Below, in pieces: positions 39,901-52,985 of a stretch of DNA of 64,000 bases. The position numbers and the translations under genes are program-made. Under the pieces are notes generated by a model. That model worked only from the letters and a program-made list of their open reading frames with translations, was not told the origin of the DNA and did no database searches. This DNA comes from Hydrolagus colliei (taxonomy: Eukaryota). The first letter of the stretch is position 1. Each line of letters opens with the position of its first letter. The stretch lies in NCBI GenBank assembly GCA_035084275.1, contig CM068750.1:11842001-11906000 (forward strand), given 5' to 3'.

Positions 39901-40629
39901 TGGAAATTTGTTTTTTGTTATGGTAACATTAAAGCTCCCAACATCTAACTTATTGGTATTTTCCATTAAATTAGTGAGGTGGCACAGCAATTAAAGACTT
40001 ACTGAGAACTGCCAGTAACCTTCTGTACACCTGATAACTACAAGAATTGCCACTGAGCACTCATATGGAATGAATATTTGCCTTCAGTATTTGAAACAGG
40101 CAACAAATACTACATTCCCCAATTTCTCTGCAGCCACCAACCATCTTGGTTGTACTTAATTCCTATATGTAGAGATCCTCAATCTGTAAAAGGGCCGGTA
40201 GATTAATCATGAAAGTTAATATTGTTCAGAAGCCTTGAATTCATCAAGCTGTAGAGTTTGTTTTCTAGGACATTTTTATCAATATAACCCCCCACAAATT
40301 AGAGGCCATATCTTCTGTTATTGCAGGCAATCGAAATCGAATACATATGAATTACCATCGTCTTAAAGGATACTTATTCAATACTTGAGTCACATTAGTA
40401 AGAATTTCAGCCTGGAATAAACCGTTAGACTCCCCTAGCCAACTCATTCAACTTCCAAAAAGGTCAGTAGTTTTAAGTGTTTTAAGAACTGTAGTGCATG
40501 AACTCTCTTTGTTTGGTAGACATGACTCTGCATCAGTTAGCAAGATTAGACCAAAGAGGTCTGTACATGAACAAACAAAAATGTGCACACGTGATTAACC
40601 AAGGCACTGTGGCACAGATTGGCGGGATG

Positions 40630-40690
40630 TAGATTTATACTCCTGGCTGTTTGTGGAACAATGCTGGGTAGAAATTGGCTGCCCACACGT
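40630..40690 (+). mobile_element. SINE tail fragment
   Basis: ggctgtttgtggaacaatgctgggtagaaattggctgcc. Confidence 0.45.
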
Positions 40691-42234
40691 GGGGAGGTAG
40701 GAAAGGAGGTAATGTTAACGTGAAGTGTAATTCAACTTGCGCTGTAAGTTAAAGGGGTTCAGAAACAATCACTGAAATTATACATTTTATTACTCACTAT
40801 TTCAAGTTTGATAACATATATGAGGCTTTGGGGAAATAGCGATACATCATTTTTCCAGGAAAAGCACAGCAACAGTTAGAGAATATTCAATAACAGTCAC
40901 CAAAAGCAAACAAACAAAAATATAATATATTGTCCTCTTAAAAGAACTGCTTGACTTCTGGATTCATGCACAGTGAGGAGAGTTTTGTTGCATCCAACTT
41001 GCATCTTATCACAAAGATGTTTATTTACATAAAAATAAAGTGTGCATTAGTCAGTAAAAAGTTACATGTAAGGTGTCGCTTGTGTGATCTACGAAAGGTC
41101 TTGCACCATGTTATAAGTGGCCAATGTGCCTGAATTCAGAATACTTTTTAATAAAAGTGGTAGTTTTTTTTATTGTTTTAACTTATTTCTGCCCAGTTAG
41201 AATTTGGAGTCCAAAACACAAATAAATTTTCGACGCTTAAAATAAAAAATAAAGTACATGTAAATGGTCAGAAAAGACTTCCTAAATATTGTCTTATTGT
41301 AACCAAGGTTGTTCTTATGGAATCATCCACGATCTGAGAAAGAGTCACTTTTCAAGGCATTCTTCCTGACCAGCTTCATCCTGAAAAGTCTGATTTTACA
41401 GACATAAAGCTGCTATTTTTCACTGGGGCTGGTCACAAGCTCCTTTTGGACTTGAGCAATCAGTGTACATGTCCGTACATTGGCCGGAAAACAAGTTCAG
41501 AATCTCCAACTGAGCTATGTTCCTCGATGCATAAATGTGCAGTGTCATTTTACTGTAAATATCAAACTGGGCATCAAATTTAATCACATTCTGATACAGC
41601 TAATTACTATTAAACTGGTCGTTCTCTAATAACCACATCTCTTTTTAATTTCCACACACCTTGTGTCTAATTTTATATGTAAAGTTCTGGCTTTGCAGTT
41701 AAAATGATATGCAAAAAGATTGAATTAAAGGAGCTATCTTGCCTTGGGCAAGTTGTTACTGCAGAACGGCAGAAGAAAGAAAATTCATGAGAATGAGTAG
41801 GGAGCACTCCTGATTCTCAGCTGGGCCTCTCAATTTGGATCTGATTGATCCTGCCTCACTGACTGTTTCTGTACCATGGAATGCAGCAAAGACAGATATG
41901 ATAGGTTTACTGCTGGGTCTGTCACACCAGCAGACCTTGAGGACAGTGGGACATGACATTTGACGATGCTCAGCCTTAAAAACATTTACCTGAGACAATA
42001 AACAGCTGAAATCGGTTTCCAGAAATTAGGGTCTATCGAAATAAGACTAAAGAAAACTTTTCAGCTCAATGCCATCAAAACACAATGAAGTGCACGTCTT
42101 CCTTAAGGCCATAAAAATTTACTTTCTTCACTGTAAAGCTACGTTCCTTTTTTATCAGAGATCTGCTTGGTACGTTCCATTCAAATCATTGTGTTTTTAC
42201 ATCTGTATGTGCACATATGAAAAAAGAGACATAG

Positions 42235-42615
42235 TGCCGAGCCCACGGACGAGGAAGGTATAATTTGTGATACTCAGTCTTCGCTGTTAGCTGATCACAA
42301 TGATCTTGAGGGTGCGCACCGTGCTAAATTGGCCTTTTTTGTATCCCCAGGCTGAGGTAAAGGCAAGACTTAGCCTGGGTTCCTGCTTCTAATTGCTGTC
42401 TGGAAGTTAATTTATTGGATGTTAAATAAGGACAAAAATGATATTGCCTGTGCCATTCCTCTACCACTCCTAACCCCTGCGACTGCATAGCTAGACAGCA
42501 ATATCACTATCTAATCTAGACATTTGGGCCAGGTATTGGAGAGATGACAGCACCAATGAAAATGTATTTCAGCAAGTCAGTTCCTTTAGGAGAGGAGGGG
42601 TAAAGGGATTTGAAA
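42235..42615 (+). mobile_element. SINE family B, decayed
   Basis: gttagctgatc…aattggcct…gcctgggttcctgcttct…ttgggccaggtattggag…ctttaggagaggagggg. Confidence 0.6.
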
Positions 42616-43752
42616 ATATAAAAGCATCAACAGTAAAATCATTGCTTGGAGTGACTTTGCATAGTAGCTAAGAGGTGACAATAATTAGTGGGATTTCTCA
42701 CGTTCAAAGCATCACAGTTTCTGTGTGTTGTGCTAACTGCATATAATTCATGTTAATTCAACAGGGCAATGTTTTAAGTCAAGGTTATTTCGGTGAACAT
42801 ATAGCCCTTTGCTTTAATGTTTGTAAAATGCTTGACAACAGACTTGATGACCGTGTTGATATCACGTTGTATGACCTATGCATTTTTCACCTCTTGTTTT
42901 ATTGTTTCTATATAAAAATGTTTTATGACTGGTATCATCTTTACAGTGTATCTACCATTATGATGTAGAGAAGCAGAATGTGGGGAAACCAGAATGAACT
43001 ATAGAACTGTTTCTTAAATTGTTTTCATATTAAGAAATCAGGTCTACAAAGATATTGTCCACTTGATGTATGTGTCTGTCATCAAATTGGAGGTTTATAA
43101 CACGTCATACTACGAGGCCTATAAAACTGCAGCAAAATGCTTGCTTTTAAAAAATGAAGTTAGCACTAAATTAATGTATATACATTTGATCTGCAAATTG
43201 CTTCAGTATTACAATTTACAAGTTGTTGCTTGAGATAGAGACATAAACCTTTCAACCAGAACTTGTCGATCTTATCTGCTTAAACTAATGAATACAGTGC
43301 TTCTACATAAGAAATCTCACCACTAATTTGTGCTGATGAATGATGCTTCTTGCCAAACTACTTTCATTTAAACTCCTAAATCACTCTCTGTAGAATGTAC
43401 TAAGTGTGAGTGTATGCATATACACCCATTTTGATGGTGTTGCACATCTGTGCACTTTTTGTTTCAATAAAAATTTTGAAGATTATTTTTGTGGAATTGT
43501 GAAGGGAACATAAAATAATTGGTTGTTAATCCATGCTTTTTGAACTCTGAATATGGGGTATTATTAGCTTAATAAAAAGTTTTCAAAATGCAAGGATGAA
43601 ATATGATTGGGGTTTAATAATATTCAGCAGTGTTGTACTTGATAAAATTGCGGCAAATCTAAGCTTGCACAACTAACGTCATTATTTTCTAGGTATTGTT
43701 GATTTGATTGAAAAGTGAATCTGATGTTAGACTTTAACTTCTGCCCCCTCAG

Positions 43753-43927
43753 GTGGAACTGACAGGCAGCAGTGTGTTTGATTATGTCCACCCTGGAGAC
43801 CATGTGGAGATGGCAGAGCAGCTGGGCATGAAACTTCCCCCAGGGCGAGGCATTCTCTCACAGGGTACCGCAGAGGATGGAGCCAGCTCAGCATCTTCGT
43901 CCTCGCAGTCGGAGACCCCTGAGCCAG
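43753..43927 (+). CDS. NPAS3: Internal coding exon of neuronal PAS domain protein 3 (part of PAS-A plus Ser-rich loop)
   Basis: Translates to [58 protein letters not shown], nearly identical to the vertebrate NPAS3 sequence as I recall it. Acceptor ttctgccccctcAG ends at 43752 and donor CCAG|GTGGGA starts at 43928. 175 nt, phase 0 start, phase 1 end. Confidence 0.95.
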
Positions 43928-46900
43928 GTGGGAATTTGGAGCAGAAAAGGGCAGAGTTGGGGCAGGACCTTTATAAAATGATTGAGCTCTATTCACTGAT
44001 GCGAAGACCAGAGGGAAAATAGGTCTAGTGATAGTTACGATTCCGTATAATTTTACTGCTGAAATGTTCAGAATGCATCAGGCAAGTATGTTAATTTAAC
44101 CCAAGAAAATGTCACAAATAGGTTGGTTCTAATTAAAACAGTGCGATTATAACAAACATTTTTAGGGAATTGTGTTTAATTTATCAGTCATAAATTTCTC
44201 TAGGATACACTTGATATGAGGCCTCCAATTTACACTTATTTAATACTGAATTTCTGTGAATAGATTTATCTAAGATGGTGCTAGATGTCTCTTTTTGTTT
44301 GGGTTTTTCGAGACTTTTATTTTCGATACCTGAAGCGTATGAACAGTTTGCTGCTGAATGAAATTTTGAATGTGAGGGGAAAACAATGCAGTCATTTTGT
44401 AGAGGCTCACCCGCCCCCTCCACGCTTTAATTAGATGAATCTTGGGGGATTGAACAGAAGCAACATTCCTCATTGGGATGCCTTCCAGACTCCTCACAGA
44501 CTTTGCATTCAGGATGTTCCCATTTTGATGGTGTTGTACTGATGATAATTTTAGTATTAGGGGAAAATCCATTTATAAATTAAACAAAATGATTTGATAT
44601 CCATCAGTCCCCTAGTTCATCAAGCTGTTCAAACAGTAGGAAGATTGGCTGGTCGGCTCGGGTCTTCCGAGAGCTCTAGTAATTAGATCTGCTAAGGATT
44701 TATTCTTCACTGATTGGGGCTTTAAATTAATTGAAGTCCCACATTTGTGGCATTGTCCTTTTTGTACTATATTTTAGAGGAGATGTTTTATAATCTTACC
44801 GGCCAGAGTGGATGAGCAAGAACAGGAGTGGTTTAAAATGTGAATTTTCTCTGGAGGAGATGAAGAATTTAATGAGAGGTCTGATTAAGAGTCTAAGTTC
44901 TGTTTGCTTACTTGGGAAATCATGATTGTACTAAAGAAGGAATGAAAATTTAATACAGCATTCATTTTCTTGTACTGCATATCTAACACAAAGCCAGTCA
45001 GTTAGGCATGCCCATTAATAACTTACAGCATACTGTACATTAGACAGAATTTATTAGATATTCTTCACCTATATGTTTTCAAGAATGATGGTGTGTGTGT
45101 CGCAGTATGAACATTTTATTTCTCTGCTACAAACTCTTGAGTGAAATGCATTGAAATCAGTGATGCTTTCTTGAATGCATTGTTCCCATTGATCCAAAGC
45201 AGTTAATTAAAGTCTCCATTTTGGGTACATCTGAACAATTAAGGATGCCCTCAAGAAGATTTCTATTAAAGCAGCTCAGTATAATGTACCTACCACAGAA
45301 AATAGATATCCTCTTCAACCGTTCAGAATCTAAACTTGTTCTATGGAGGCAAAATCATCCAATGAAAAATGTACAGCAAATATTTAAGCTATTTGCTTCT
45401 GTGTTTACAAAAGCATTGTCTTGGATATGTCTGAAGTGGAGGAATGCAGCAAGGCATGAAAACTGCTCAGATTTTAAAGTGTCCCCGTTACTCTTACTGT
45501 TGTGGCTCAGTAATAAGCTGTTTAGTAATAATATTTTTTTCACCTTGATACAGTGAGTTTCTTCAATATTCATAGAGTAATGATCAAATAGAAACAGCAA
45601 ACCTTCATGTGTACTGTACTGTGGAATTGAAGATAGGCTGCTGTATTAAAGGACTTCACATGTATCCGCATCAGTGTTCAATCCATCAGCCTATCTTTAA
45701 TTCCAAGGTAGAGTACACAGGCATTCACTGTTGCTTGAACAACCACTACGTTAACAAATACATGTTCCAAATAAAGTCAATCAAATTGCTCACATTTTCA
45801 AGGAGCTATTTCATTGCTTAATTCTGTTCCATGTCATATTAATATTTCATCACAGAAAATGAAAGTAGTTGTGAAATTGTGCAGTATCTCCTCACATCAG
45901 ACTAAATAGTGAATGGAAGGTGGGAGAGAGGAATTGTATAATATAGCCAATGTTGTTGTGAATGTTTACTCATGGATAATTGCATACAATTAAATATTTT
46001 TGCATGCATCAAAAAAGAACCATCCATTGGAATCAGCACCCGTGAACATTTTTAGGTTAATGATTTTTATAAAGTCTTTGAATGCAACACTGAAAAATCA
46101 AAGTGCACAGACTGTATCCTTGTGATTGCTAAAGGCAATGCTCCCACTATTTTACTAGCTAATGGCATTCTTAAATCAAGTAGTTTTTGTAGTTATGAAT
46201 AACGAATTCAGATCTATTTTGTAAAATTAAAGCAGTTTCACTGTACAGTACATTTTAATGCATTTGTGCATGCTTTCGGAAGGCCAAATCTAAATGTTTA
46301 ACATGAAGGAGCAACATTCTTGAATCATTCCAAAAGCCGAGAACCTCTGAAAAACACAGTGATATAGATTTCTTTTATGGATTTGTAGTATATTCCATTT
46401 TTCTTTAAAGTATGCAAACCTGGAAGAAGTCGACACTTTTTTGCCTAATAAGTTTGCTCAAATGAGCTGGTATAGGTATTATTTCATCTTTGTAGGAAAA
46501 AGAACATTGTCATTTCGGTCCAGTTAATTGCTCGTAAACACTTGCATAGAATCAGAATTAAAATGTTTAGTCAACTTGCTTACCAGGACTGATACAAGCT
46601 CAGTGCTTTGATGTGCTCAGTGTTGCCTTTTAAAATGACTGCAACCTAAATAATGTTTGACACTAGGAATAAACATAGACATTAGAATAATATTGTCTAT
46701 TTGGCAATGACACAAACATAGAAAGACTGGCTTGATCTTATGTGTATAATGCTTCTCACTTTGCAGAATCTTCACACTTCTGTGTTCTTCATGTCATTAG
46801 TTACAGGTAGGTCAGTCTTCAATTAACACAAGAAAGTTGCAACCTCAGTGGAATGTGAAGTAGCTTTATGCATCAGTGCACATCCTCTCTAAATGCGTAT

Positions 46901-49900
46901 CTGTGTTTCATGATTTTATCACCATGAGCCTGCAATACCCTTGCACTTCTTTTCAAGTTTCCTGGATCTTTATTAGGGGGGGGCGAGTGTTGATATAGAT
47001 GAAGCACACTTCAGATAAAATCTTAGAGAACAAATCGAACTGTACAGATCTTATGCACCTTCTACTTGTTGGTTTCAGAATAGCACCAATATGTGACTTC
47101 TGTGTTCCTTAGGGTAGAAAGTCAATCCCAATGTTGCACTTTATTTGCCATAGCATTAACTCTCCCATAGGGTGCACTGTGTATAGATCTGCCTTAAGCA
47201 CCAATTCACATTATTCTGGCAAGATTCTTCTAAATAAAAATGCTTAAACAATTATTTCAAATGTCAAGGTCGCACTTTTTTTTGCAGAGAACATTGGCAA
47301 AGAATAGCTGAGATCTTTACTATCCTGGAAAAAGCTTGTCACAATGGTGATGAGGAATGCAGAGCCCCTGGCTCTCTGCCACTGTTCTTGTTTGTACTGA
47401 CCCTATATTTACACAATTTGATCTTTTGTTTGCTATAAAAATGTTTAAGAGCTTTGGCCAAAGCTTAGTGTTCCTTCTCCAACCCTTTTCTGATTTGAGT
47501 ATTTTTCCCATTTCCCTGAAATCAGTCATTGGTGACCTCCATCTCATTTTCCTCTTGGATGAACTGAAATCTATTTGGGGACATGGGAGATTCCACATGG
47601 TGGAAAAGGGTTGATTTACTGTAGTCGTTCTCTACATGTTCATAGGCGTCTTGCACTAGCAATTTGCATCTGTTCTTATATGTACAAATCAAAAAAAGTT
47701 AATATTTGGATCGCCTTCACCTTCAGTCAATACTATTTCTTAGACCTTACTCATTTCAAGTAAATATCTATTGTGGTCCATGCTGTTGACTCACAAGAAA
47801 GGAAATATAAATTGTTTAATGCCTTTCTGCACAAAGGGTATTGCAAATAAACTTGCTAGTGAAAATCCGGGGAGGCGGTTAGGGAGGTTCTGAAGGAAAA
47901 AAAAATTATTATTTGATTTGTTAATTGAATTTTGAACCAAAATGTTTTCAAACAATCCTCAGGGACTATTTCACATTCGGGGTTTAAGGTTTCAGCTGAA
48001 TGTTTCTTTCTCCATTTCTTTCCCAACCCCCACCCCCCAGCTAAATTTGAACTGGTAAGGCACACAACAAAGACTGATATTGTAGGGAACAAGAGGGCAG
48101 TGACAATAAACTACAGTGGGATTGCAGATAACATTAAATTAGTTTAATAATGAAATGCTAGGTTTGTTATCAGCGTATTGTTTGGTTTATAGGACCTTCC
48201 AATTAGTCCAGTAGGAATTGTGATCACATTAGAGAAATGAATGCAGAATTTGGTAGGTTTCCCTTGGGGTGTGACGTGTGGAAGACTATTGTTGTAGAAT
48301 CATTATTCAAAACGAAAATGCCCTTCCTCTAGACTTCGGCAGTAATATAACTTGCTAAAAGCCCTTGGATGTAAACTATGATAAACTTTACTGTTAATAT
48401 GTATGACATTTAGTATCGTTCTGTATTCATATAGTGTAGAATGGACAGGCTGGCGAAAAAAAGAGGAAAAAAACAAATTTTTAATGGCTTAATGTTGTCA
48501 CAGTAGTCTATTGGAGGAAGCATTTTTATGATTAGTATTTTGCAGACTTAACCCTAACATTAATATTTTCTTCATATTATTGTGTTCTGTGCCTTGCTTG
48601 AATCCCTTTTTAAAAATATAACGTTCTACTCCTTTACGTTCAAAGCTGATGTGGATAATGCCAGTTTTTCTGAACCATGATTAAGATTATTTCTCTTACT
48701 CACAACCCACAATTCGTGAAGACACCATTTTTCAATGTCACATCACTCTGATCAATCCCAATTTTCTAGACTTTACAAATTTCCTGTATTTTGCATTTGG
48801 AGTTGCCCAAATTGTTAGAATCACGCAATGTCTCAGCTCAATTGATGCATTTAGGCAAGTTTGAAATGACTGCAGACCGAAAGTTTAAAAATGAGCGTTC
48901 TACTCTTCAGTAACATCAAGTTCTAAAGTATAGCAGAAAAGCATTTGTCAAAAGATTATTTTTAATCAGATGCAAAAGTGTATTGCATTAAAATGTATTG
49001 CATTAGTGGTGAAAATAACCTTCTACCAAAGTTCCATGCCATTTTATTAAAGTTCACACCAACTGCAGGTAACACACAACTTTTATAGGTTTGTAATATC
49101 CATTATATATTTATGTATGAAACTTTACTTTTTTTTAAAAAATTGCAGACTGTTTCTCTAAGTACAGTACCATGTTTATTTGTTTTTCCTTCCTATGAAC
49201 ATTTAACACTGGATCATCCCTGTTTCTTGCTAGCTTTCTTCAGCCTGTAGGCCAAAATAGTGGACTTCCCTGCATCCATATCCATATAATCATCTGACAG
49301 CAGAAATGGGATGGGTTTGTCCAATGATTTATTGATGCAAGGTGCACCACTCACCACCTGCAAAACATATTACTAAAACACAGTTGAGTTCAAATAAAAA
49401 ACAAAGTATTTAAACATACAAATAAATCAAGGCTTGAAATCTTTCAAGTTGTTACTATTCAATGCACATTTGAAAAAAAACACATTGTTTTGTATTGAAA
49501 AGCGTGATCTGTGACTACCAATTTTATATAGTTCAGAAGCTAAAACTGATACAAATTATTTTTGTTCAGTTATGGATGCTCAAATTCCATCAGGTTTGCA
49601 GCTACTAATTTATATATTTTAGCAAATAGAAAATATTTATTTTGTTTCTGTGTATGATTCTCTGACCCTCTAACTCCCATTCTTGAAGTGTAAAACAGAT
49701 GTATTTAACCTTGTTGTGTATTCCCAGTCTGTTTCATTTTTCTGTTTGATCCTCTCTTTCTGTTTGATTCTCAATATTCCATTGAGTTGGATTATTTGGG
49801 TTTTGTTCAGCATTTGTTATATAATTTTTGTTCAATTAATCTCTGCCTTTTTAAAGTCGAAGTTCAGGGCCGCAATTGTGATATATTTCCATGTGTTATT

Positions 49901-50426
49901 TTGGCTGCATCGCTTTTCTAAAAGCATTTATATTTACATAATTTATAAAAATGTTCATGACATCCTATGCTATAGGATCCATTCATTTCTACACATAAAT
50001 CATCTCTTAGTGATACAAGCAGCCACATTTTAAAGACTTGGTAACTGTACATCACCACATGTAGATCATTTTCAACTGATGTTTAACCAATGATAGATGA
50101 TACAAAATGAAATTGCTAAAATATCCATGAGTAAGAGGCAGAACCTAGGACACTTGTGAGATCTTTCTAAAGGTCACTGAAGAATCAATGTCACACCTGA
50201 AAGAAACTCATCAAAAGGTGAATAGTTTATTGAACTTACAACAGAAGTTTTGAAAGTATCATACAGCAGTGAGAGAAGTAGAAAGTGCAGAGGAACTTTC
50301 TGAACAAACTGCATGGATGCAACAAGCAATAGAGGGAATTTAACCCAACACTTCCATGTGGTAATGACAACATTAACGAGAAATGTTCCTACTCGGTCTA
50401 TACACTGAAATTCTACTGGGTGTTAC

Positions 50427-51074
50427 TGTTGGAGATCCAATATCTCTCTCTCTTAACTTAGAAGTAAGGTTACGGCCAGCCTTTATTCTTTGTTAAGTCA
50501 GATTCTTTATTTGGGTATAACAAAAGTTGGCACTAAGGTTAGATAACATACTCTACTTTATCACACAGTTATAGTAATATACTACCCGGCGGGGTCTTTA
50601 CTTTCACTCTTCTTGATCTGGGCGGTCTGCTGTCTCACTTACAGCTCTTCCATCAATCGTACACACGGGCCTGGTTCAGCTCTGCTCGTATTCCAGGAGG
50701 AACAAAGAACATGCCGAATGACCGCATGTCTTGCCCTTATAACCCTTGGCGCCCCTCCGCCGACCTTCACGTGCACATCTCATGGATAATGTTCTTCCTC
50801 CAATCATTCCCGACTATGCCCTCCAGGCAGGTGCGTGATCCTGCAGGGTAAACCTGCACTTTGTCACGTACGCTTTGCGCCCGAAACTTACAACTTTTAC
50901 ACTCGACCCTCATGGCGTTTGCACACCGTTCTCCCTTTTCCTCCTGTCTCTCAGGTCACGTGAGGGGGCGTATGGTTAACTCAGCTCTCCAATCCCAGCA
51001 CTTTCCAAGACAAAACCCCACCTTTGCTAATTTACCACGTGTTACAACGTCAAATTTGAATTCATATCACAACA
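50427..51074 (-). mobile_element. Solo LTR, 648 bp (ERV1- or Gypsy-type by TSD length)
   Basis: TGTTG…CAACA termini with an exact 4-bp TSD TTAC (50423-50426 and 51075-51078). On the minus strand the order is CCAAT element (50800-50804, reversed), GC box, TTATAA (50737-50742), then AATAAA at 50506-50511 and 50482-50487. CpG-rich relative to the flanks. Confidence 0.85.
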
Positions 51075-51127
51075 TTACCATGTACTCAACAGTAGGCTGC
51101 AATGCATACAACTCGTGCTCATCTCTA

Positions 51128-51248
51128 CTTCACGTTTCGCCCACAAAATATACAGTCAGTTCACTTTACAGAGTATTATGTAAGCACTCTGAGATATTTC
51201 AAAGTCATGTTAAGGTGCTATATCAAATGCAAGGATTATTATTATTAA
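51128..51248 (+). mobile_element. SINE family A 3' part
   Basis: cacgtttcgcccacaaaatatacagtcag…gctatatcaaatgcaaggattattattatt. Confidence 0.85.
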
Positions 51249-51464
51249 TAGTCACATAGAAGATGGTGCAGCCTATGAGTGTTGGTGAGCCATCTTATCC
51301 ATATAGCCTTCCAATGACTTTTAAATAGGAAGTGTCTCTGCAACACAGCCCTCCATTTCAAAGCAAAGCACATTAAGATTTGTATCCCCATACTGCTAAT
51401 TTAGCACAAGTAGCCGTCCCTTTTCTAGATTACTGGGCTGCACATCTCTGACATGTTCCTATTT

Positions 51465-51520
51465 TTCAGGGACGTTCTCACGATGTGAAGTGTATGGAAG
51501 TGCAATTTTGTTGTTGTTGT
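51465..51520 (+). mobile_element. L2 3'-terminal fragment
   Basis: gggacgttctcacgatgtgaag…caattttgttgttgttgt. Confidence 0.65.
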
Positions 51521-51524
51521 CATA

Positions 51525-51844
51525 CAATAACAATAGTAATCCATGGATTTGGTATAGTGCCTTATCATTTCAAAAGGATGTCTCAATTTGTAGGCAAAAG
51601 TGACAACCCCACTTGGACACAGCAATGTCCCACAAACAGCCATGAAATGAATGACCAATTTTGGCCTGGACACTGGGATCATTAACATCCACCTGAACAG
51701 GCAGATGGGACCTTATGTGATATATCCCCAGCACTGCATTAGGAGCATCATCTTAGACTATGCGAATTCAAATCCCAATAAGGGATTGGAGCGCACACCT
51801 TCTGACTCAGAGGGGAGAGTGCTACCAATTAGTTAGGCTGACAC
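51525..51844 (-). mobile_element. Deu-domain SINE
   Basis: cttctgactcagaggggagagtgctaccaa…aggctgacac (head, reverse), ttaacatccacctgaacaggcag (core), cagcaatgtcccacaaacagc (tail). Confidence 0.8.
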
Positions 51845-52084
51845 ACCATCCCAAACATTCAAAGTATATTCTGCCAGAGGCAGGCAATCTTTTGGCTTTG
51901 TTGAATTATGTTGATTGTGTTTTAGACCATGATAAATCCATCGATTTGCTTTCCAAGCTCAGAATTTGAGTAATTGCTATTATCACATGTTACATTCCTT
52001 TCATTGTGATTTGTAAAATTTCACTTTGACTGCAGTTTACAATTTTTTCTCAATAAATATTGTCCTATATTACTTCAAGGTACT

Positions 52085-52330
52085 GTAATTGGCAAAAGAA
52101 CCAGAGGGGAGATTTCAAAGTGTGTTCAAATGCATTGCCTGAAAGGCTGTTCGAAACAGATTCAATAACAACTTTCATAAGGGAATTGGACAGGTACTTG
52201 AAGAGGAAAATTTATAAAGATATGGGAAAAGAGCGGGGAAGTGGGACTGATTGAGTAGCTCTTCTAAAGAGTTGGCACAGACACGATGAGCTGAATGGCC
52301 TGCTTCTATATTATAATATTCTATGATTCT
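52085..52330 (+). mobile_element. CR1 LINE 3' end
   Basis: Encodes NALPERLFETDSITTFIRELDRYL and ends gctgaatggcctgcttct…ttctatgattct. Confidence 0.85.
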
Positions 52331-52514
52331 GTATAATGTGGAGTCCTCACCCCTAGTGCTTTTACATGATGTTGTTTCCATTGCATCTTTTGCATAATAC
52401 TCTGTGCTGCTTTTCAGCCATTGTTGATCATACAGTTACACACTGCTAAGGATTACTTTGTTTGTTATAGGCCACGGCTTCTCCTCAAAATAAACCTCAT
52501 CCAGCTTTTTCACA

Positions 52515-52870
52515 TTTACCATTCAGTCTGTTTCACTTTGGGACCCAGATTTAAATCTAATTCAGGCGTGATGGGATCAGTCTTCTCTGTCTGCTGACTG
52601 TTAACAATCCTCTGTGACATAGGACTGGACACAAAATTCCTCACAATTTAGCACTAAATTGGCAATTTCACTCTGATAAGCCATAAGTGGTAAAATTCCC
52701 AGTGGTGCAGAAGGAGGTACTTCTGTAAGATTGGGGTTAAGTTTGTTTTTGGGACAGGGTAAATGGTGCTTTACTCTGCATCTGGCTGTGTCACACCTGA
52801 CCTGAGAAGGCTTAATAGTAACACTGGAGTAACAAAAGCTGAAATAGGTTCCACTCCCCTCACTGACTTA
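52515..52870 (+). mobile_element. LF-SINE-like ancient SINE
   Basis: cacaatttagcactaaattggca resembles the recalled LF-SINE motif CACAATTGGCACTAATTGGCA; decayed B-box gatttaaatc; tail gctttactctgcatct…cacctgacctgaga. Confidence 0.5.
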
Positions 52871-52985
52871 TCTCACCTTGCTGAGCACAAATATACACAG
52901 AAAGATGTAAACTGAAAAGGAAAGGGATAAAACATCTGGCAGGTGAGAAACACATGTTACTTGGGTATTTTGATACTTTTAAAAT

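Larger units (their letters stand above)
1..43752 (+). other. NPAS3: NPAS3 intron upstream of the exon (begins before the window)
   Basis: No other NPAS3-like coding sequence recognised; repeat-rich non-coding DNA ending in a canonical acceptor. Confidence 0.8.

Noticed and set aside
43727-43996. 89-aa antisense ORF over the exon
   Set aside because: Shadow ORF of a GC-rich coding exon with no recognisable protein features.
43928-44022. Extension of the NPAS3 ORF ([12 protein letters not shown]…) as coding sequence
   Set aside because: Similarity to NPAS3 ends at the GT donor at 43928, so this is intronic read-through; the ORF's GTG start is just the first Val codon after the acceptor.
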